NCBI GenBank assembly: GCA_963718895.1
Contig: CAVRAG010000007.1
Span: forward strand, 480,001-544,000
DNA from: an uncultured Nitrososphaerota archaeon
GTDB lineage: Archaea > Thermoproteota > Nitrososphaeria > Nitrososphaerales > Gagatemarchaeaceae
DNA: 64,000 nt
Direction of reading: 5' to 3'
This document shows positions 63,059-64,000 of the stretch, in pieces. The position numbers were made by a program, and so were the translations under genes. Each line of letters starts with the position of its first letter. Positions within the stretch are counted from its first letter, which is position 1. Under the pieces are notes generated by a model. It was not told the origin of the DNA and did no database searches. It saw only the letters and a program-made list of their open reading frames with translations.

Positions 63059-64000
63059 CTAATCCTCGATCAGCTCCCTCGCGATTATCCATTTCTGCAC
63101 CTCCGAGGCGCCCTCGATGATGTCCAAGACCTTGGCGTCCCTCAGGTACCTCTCTATGGGCAACTGCTTGCTCAGGCCGATTCCCCCGTGAATTTGGATG
63201 GCGCGCTCGCTCGCCCAGACCGCCGTCTCCGTAGCGAAGAGCTTCGCCATCGACGCCTCCTTGATGAAGTCGCCCCCCTTATCGCTGACGTAGGCGGCGT
63301 GGTAGGTCAGGAGCTTCGCGGCCTCTATCCTGGTCGCCATTTCCGCGATGAGGAATCGAATCGCCTCCAGCTTGCTTAGTGGCCTGTTGAAGAGCGCCCT
63401 CTTCTTGGAGTACGAGACGCTCGCCTCCAAGGCAGCCTCGGCGACCCCGAGAGCACCCGCCGCGGCTCCGACTCTGCCCTGGTTCAGGACAGCCATGGCG
63501 ATCAGGAACCCGTCGCCCGGGGAGCCGAGCATGTTCGTCGCGGGCACCACGCAGTCGCTGAAGACAAGCTCCGCCGTTCCTGTGCCTCGCGCGCCGACCA
63601 CCTCGAGCTTGCCTCCGACATCGAAGCCCTCGGTCCCCTTCTCGACTATGAAGGCGCTCATCCCGGCGGCCTTGTCTTCGACCGTACCGGTCCTCGTGAA
63701 GATGACGCCGACATCTGCGTAGAACGCCTGTGAAATCCAGATCTTCGACCCGTTGATCCGGTAGGAATCGCCCACCTTCTCGGCCCTCGTCTGAATGTTG
63801 GCAGCGTCCGAGCCTGCGCCCGGCTCGGTCAGGCCGTAGCACCCGACGGTCTCACCTCGGACCAGCCTGGGAAGGAACTTTTCCTTCTGTTCCGGGGTTC
63901 CGAAGTGAGCGATGGGGTACCCTACAAGTCCGTTCTGGACACCGATCAGGAGACCCGCGGAGAGGCTGACCTTCGCTATCTCCTCTCCAACGACTACGGA
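63059..64000 (-). CDS. Acyl-CoA dehydrogenase (5' end outside the window)
   Basis: LTEPGAGSD, NGSKIWIS, QIHGGIG and IIEGASEVQ motifs. Confidence 0.95.
   Translation of the reverse strand, partial: SVVVGEEIAKVSLSAGLLIGVQNGLVGYPIAHFGTPEQKEKFLPRLVRGETVGCYGLTEPGAGSDAANIQTRAEKVGDSYRINGSKIWISQAFYADVGVIFTRTGTVEDKAAGMSAFIVEKGTEGFDVGGKLEVVGARGTGTAELVFSDCVVPATNMLGSPGDGFLIAMAVLNQGRVGAAAGALGVAEAALEASVSYSKKRALFNRPLSKLEAIRFLIAEMATRIEAAKLLTYHAAYVSDKGGDFIKEASMAKLFATETAVWASERAIQIHGGIGLSKQLPIERYLRDAKVLDIIEGASEVQKWIIARELIED

Overview
GC-rich archaeal chromosome segment. The gene set (archaeal r-proteins, Cbf5, FEN-1, Hjc, KEOPS, Dph5-DUF357) suggests a Nitrososphaerota/TACK lineage, by inference only. From left to right: (1) the end of an integrated element (tyrosine integrase, PIN and RHH genes) abutting a two-intron tRNA-Ser(GGA); (2) the uL22-to-Cbf5 ribosomal/secY cluster, heavily frameshifted, most likely by sequencing indels concentrated at about 4-26 kb; (3) a respiratory and oxidative-stress block with an actinobacterial-type SDH, a full Suf operon, a GAF protein and a katG that sits inside a split aquaporin pseudogene; (4) mixed accessory genes, including a haloarchaeal-type phosphomevalonate decarboxylase, a half-size DOHH-like HEAT protein, a SET protein and a Cys-rich Kelch propeller; (5) a three-intron tRNA-Lys(CTT); (6) housekeeping genes through KEOPS and a thiolase/DUF35/acyl-CoA dehydrogenase cluster. 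All assignments come from motif recognition without database searches, and ends of frameshifted genes are approximate.
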